From positions 124,001 to 188,000 of the forward strand of contig AP026126.1 of the NCBI GenBank assembly GCA_030295235.1: a stretch of DNA of 64,000 bases, given 5' to 3'. Both the position numbers and the translations under genes were made by a program. The DNA comes from Fistulifera solaris. Taxonomy: Eukaryota. The stretch's first letter is position 1. Every line of letters starts with the position of its first letter. Below the pieces are notes generated by a model. That model searched no databases, was not told the origin of the DNA, and saw only the letters and a program-made list of their open reading frames with translations. This document shows, piece after piece, positions 61,163 to 64,000 of the stretch.

Positions 61163-62301
61163 ATGAAGCTTTTAATTACATCTCTTCTGCCTTTGGCGCA
61201 TGCCGTAGTCACGGAGCTCTCCACGCAGCAATTGTTCGAAGGAATTCAAGAGAACAAATTTCAAGTGATTGTAGATGTTCGGAGTCAAGCCGAGTTCGAT
61301 GCAGGCCACATAGAAGGAGCAACTTTACTCGAGAACTTGTTTTATTTTGGCATGGGAAGTTTAGAATCTGCTACACCAGCCGATCTAGAGGGTTGTGAGA
61401 TGTGCCATATTGCGGTGTATGACCGATCTGGTGGTCGTACTATCAAGGCCATCGAAATACTGGAAGAAGCAGGTTTCGTGAACTTGTACAATGGGCAGGG
61501 AACAAGTCAATGGATGTCTGCTGGATATTCGTTGGTTACAGACGAGAGCGTTTTACCCCCTTGTACCACAGACCCGGCCGCTCAGGAACAGTGTAGCGCG
61601 CTGGAAGAAGCTCCCACAACATCACCAACCGTAAATGATCCTACCGCTATTCGTTCACTGGATGCCGCACAATTTGTTCAACTGCGCAATCAGGGCATGT
61701 TTGATGTTATTTTAGATGTTCGAGAAGGTAGGTTGCGATTTTAGTTTCCGCTGGCGTCCATCGAATCTCGCTGATTTTGTTTTATTTAGATACATCTGGA
61801 GGGCATATTACAGGCGCAACTTTGATTGGACCTTTATCTGAAGACATTTTATCGGATTTGGAGGGATGTGTTTATTGCAACATCGCGATCTATGGTGGAG
61901 GCGCCGAGGACGCAGCAGATTTGTTAGTCGAAAATGGCTTCGGTGGTCGTTTGTATTTTGGACCGAGTGTAGAGGAGTACTCTGATGCTGGGTTTGACCC
62001 AAGCACTGCAGAATCAGTCGAACCTCGTTGTACAACGGATACTGTCATCCAGGAAGCTTGCGAAGCGAGATGGATAGAGGATGGTGGAGATTCAGGAGAA
62101 TCTAGTGGTTCGGAACCGCCATCGGCACCCACTCCATCATCTTCAAAAGAACCTAAGCCCTCTCCAGCAAAAGAGCCTACCGAAGAGATCCCCCCAAAGA
62201 CAAACTCTACCGCTGCTCCGACGGCCCCTACTAGTGATGTTCAGTACATTACTGCGATGTTCTCTTGCTTCGTGGGCTTATTGATAATTGTGCTCCTGTA
62301 A
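61163..62301 (+). CDS. Paralog of 59201-60391, same architecture, divergently oriented
   Basis: IVDVRSQAEFDAGHIEGA, AVYDRSGGRT, GFVNLYNGQG. Intron 61728-61789 sits at the same DVRE-G position; second domain GCVYCNIAIYG; hydrophobic tail. Confidence 0.87.
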
Positions 62302-62645
62302 AGCTACTACAATATCGCATAAAAATATGTTTATCTCGAACATTGTAGCGTCATCCATTGGCGTACGTTACCCTATATGAGACTGCTGCATAGCTCTAAT
62401 GGGGGACCAGATAATGGTCTAATGTGTTCCGTTTGAGTTTTTGGCATAATGACCCATGTTCGTGTTCGCTACCGCCAGAGCTCATGACTATCCCTTTTTA
62501 GTACATGCAATCGTAATTCTGTGTCTCGAAGTGTCACATCAAAATCCATTGGAATTTTTTTTGGCCCCTTGCTTCCCATTATTGTCAAAAGAATAAACAA
62601 CGCGAAGACCTTTGATTGCAGCGTTCCTCTCATAATGAAACAAAG

Positions 62646-64000
62646 ATGAGTTCAATCGAAGAAGCCCGTAAGGCCTTGAAGAAGAGAGATAAGCCCAACA
62701 AGAAAGAGGAAAAATGCACTCCTTTGATCAGTCCTCGAACGAAACGTCCTTCGTTCCTTCGTCGTGAAAGTAGTAAAGACCTCGACAAGCCGGTGGCGAC
62801 TGCCAAGCCCCCGGGCGTGAAGAAAATGATTCAGTCGAAAATTACCAGTTTTTCCGAAAAACCGAAGCAAGTGACGCCATCTCCAAAGAAGCGAAAGAGT
62901 TTGCTAAAGGCAGGTGTCAAATTGGCACCAGCTCCCGCTCTTGACAAGGAAAAGAACAAGAAGGAGACACAAAAGACAACGGGAAAGTCTGTTTGTAAAA
63001 TCAAAGCTTCGAAAATTACCATTAACGGCGAGATCAAAAAGTACATTGATACGTTGAAGCAATATCATGTGCTGGCGGATATCACGACGACACCTCGTGA
63101 CAACGATCTCGTCACAGCGATCATCCAAGCGACCTGTTGCGATCCTGCTGCGGGGTCGATTGTCTGTGATGCCGATCCTCGTCACATCAGTCCTTCTGTG
63201 CTGCTTGATTTCGGAGACGCGTTGCGCTACAATGTATACTTGACGAAGCTACAGCTTTCGCACATGGAGTTGGGCAATGCTTTTTTGAGTGCTGTAGCCG
63301 ATTCTTTGCCCAAAAATTATACCCTACAAAAATTGAACTTGAGTCACAATCAATTCACAAGCGACGCATTGGTAGAGTTCTGCTTGGGTATGAAGAAGAA
63401 CAAAGCATTGACGAGTGTCGATTTGCGGTATCAAAATTCGAAAATCTTTACGCATCACGAAAAGGACGTTTTAGAGGCGTTGTCGGAAAACAATTACATA
63501 CAGGAATTTCACGTCGAATTCTTAACTCCCAAGTGTGAAAAGGTTATCGAATACGTTTTAGATCGAAACCAGAAGAAAGAGAAGAAGTTTCTGTCGCGTG
63601 AGAAGAAGGTGCTCGAATTTTTGAAGAAAGAGAGTTCGGACGCACAAGCTGACGCGAAAGGATCAGAAGAAGAGCAGGAGATTTCTCGTGAGCTACGCGA
63701 ACACGAAACTGAGTACTTCTACGAACTCGAACAAATCGCAAAGAAGCATAAGGTTGATTTGACAACTGACAAGGAGAGTGTTTTTTCGAAACCAGGAAAC
63801 AGTACTTTTGCGTTTGTTGGTTCCCCCGCCGCAGAGGTTTTAAAATTTCCAGCAACGCCCATGACCGCCGACGGTGCTTTTCTAACCGCCGGCTTCATTG
63901 ACAACTTTCTCAAAACGGGAGACGATGGCGTGTTGATATTTGAGTTCACCAATCAGTTCAAGCTCTTTAAACGCTTTGGGACCGACGATCCTGCTCGATC
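62646..64000 (+). CDS. Tropomodulin-like LRR protein with basic disordered N-terminus; runs off the window end
   Basis: Frame open from ATG 62646 to the window end (missing from the ORF track because it has no stop). Reads ALRYNVYLTKLQLSHMELGNAF...NYTLQKLNLSHNQFTSDAL...NKALTSVDLRYQ...EKDVLEALSENNYI...YVLDRNQ. Confidence 0.78.
   Translation, partial: MSSIEEARKALKKRDKPNKKEEKCTPLISPRTKRPSFLRRESSKDLDKPVATAKPPGVKKMIQSKITSFSEKPKQVTPSPKKRKSLLKAGVKLAPAPALDKEKNKKETQKTTGKSVCKIKASKITINGEIKKYIDTLKQYHVLADITTTPRDNDLVTAIIQATCCDPAAGSIVCDADPRHISPSVLLDFGDALRYNVYLTKLQLSHMELGNAFLSAVADSLPKNYTLQKLNLSHNQFTSDALVEFCLGMKKNKALTSVDLRYQNSKIFTHHEKDVLEALSENNYIQEFHVEFLTPKCEKVIEYVLDRNQKKEKKFLSREKKVLEFLKKESSDAQADAKGSEEEQEISRELREHETEYFYELEQIAKKHKVDLTTDKESVFSKPGNSTFAFVGSPAAEVLKFPATPMTADGAFLTAGFIDNFLKTGDDGVLIFEFTNQFKLFKRFGTDDPAR

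Noticed and set aside
1..64000. CRISPR array or prokaryotic operon/defence system
   Set aside because: No repeat-spacer array is present, and the intron-containing genes show a eukaryotic locus.

Overview
Eukaryotic nuclear DNA, very likely a diatom. Supporting signs are short GT-AG introns, CoDi-type Ty1/copia elements, an AdoMetDC-aminopropyltransferase-SET fusion, a diatom-style HSF and an RPB1 with YSPTSPA heptads. About 24 host genes are visible: HNH/YisB-like, two Ser/Arg-rich proteins sharing a C-terminal motif, cryptochrome-DASH-like, the polyamine fusion, TAF8-like, mid-SUN, HSF, coiled-coil, Nudix-PH, RPB1, PLC-like, UBL-PUB-UIM, choline-transporter-like, two head-to-head rhodanese paralogs, a tropomodulin-like LRR protein and several hypotheticals. 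Mobile DNA comprises two copia elements (one cut by the window edge, one full length with near-identical LTRs), a PIF/Harbinger element abutting RPB1, a decayed CRE-type LINE fragment, an AT-rich island and two candidate lone LTRs. Single-base frameshifts occur even in RPB1, so the assembly has indel errors and reading-frame breaks alone do not show pseudogenisation. The most notable observations are: (1) a probable UAG read-through with a long stimulatory stem-loop at the gag-pol junction of the first copia element; (2) non-canonical CAAGT...ACTTG LTR termini and a spliceosomal-looking leader intron in the second; (3) a divergent pair of putative cell-surface, catalytically dead CxxC rhodaneses; (4) an RPB1 CTD built from heptad pairs plus spacers; (5) a tropomodulin-like protein. 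All family assignments come from motif recognition by eye; no searches were run.
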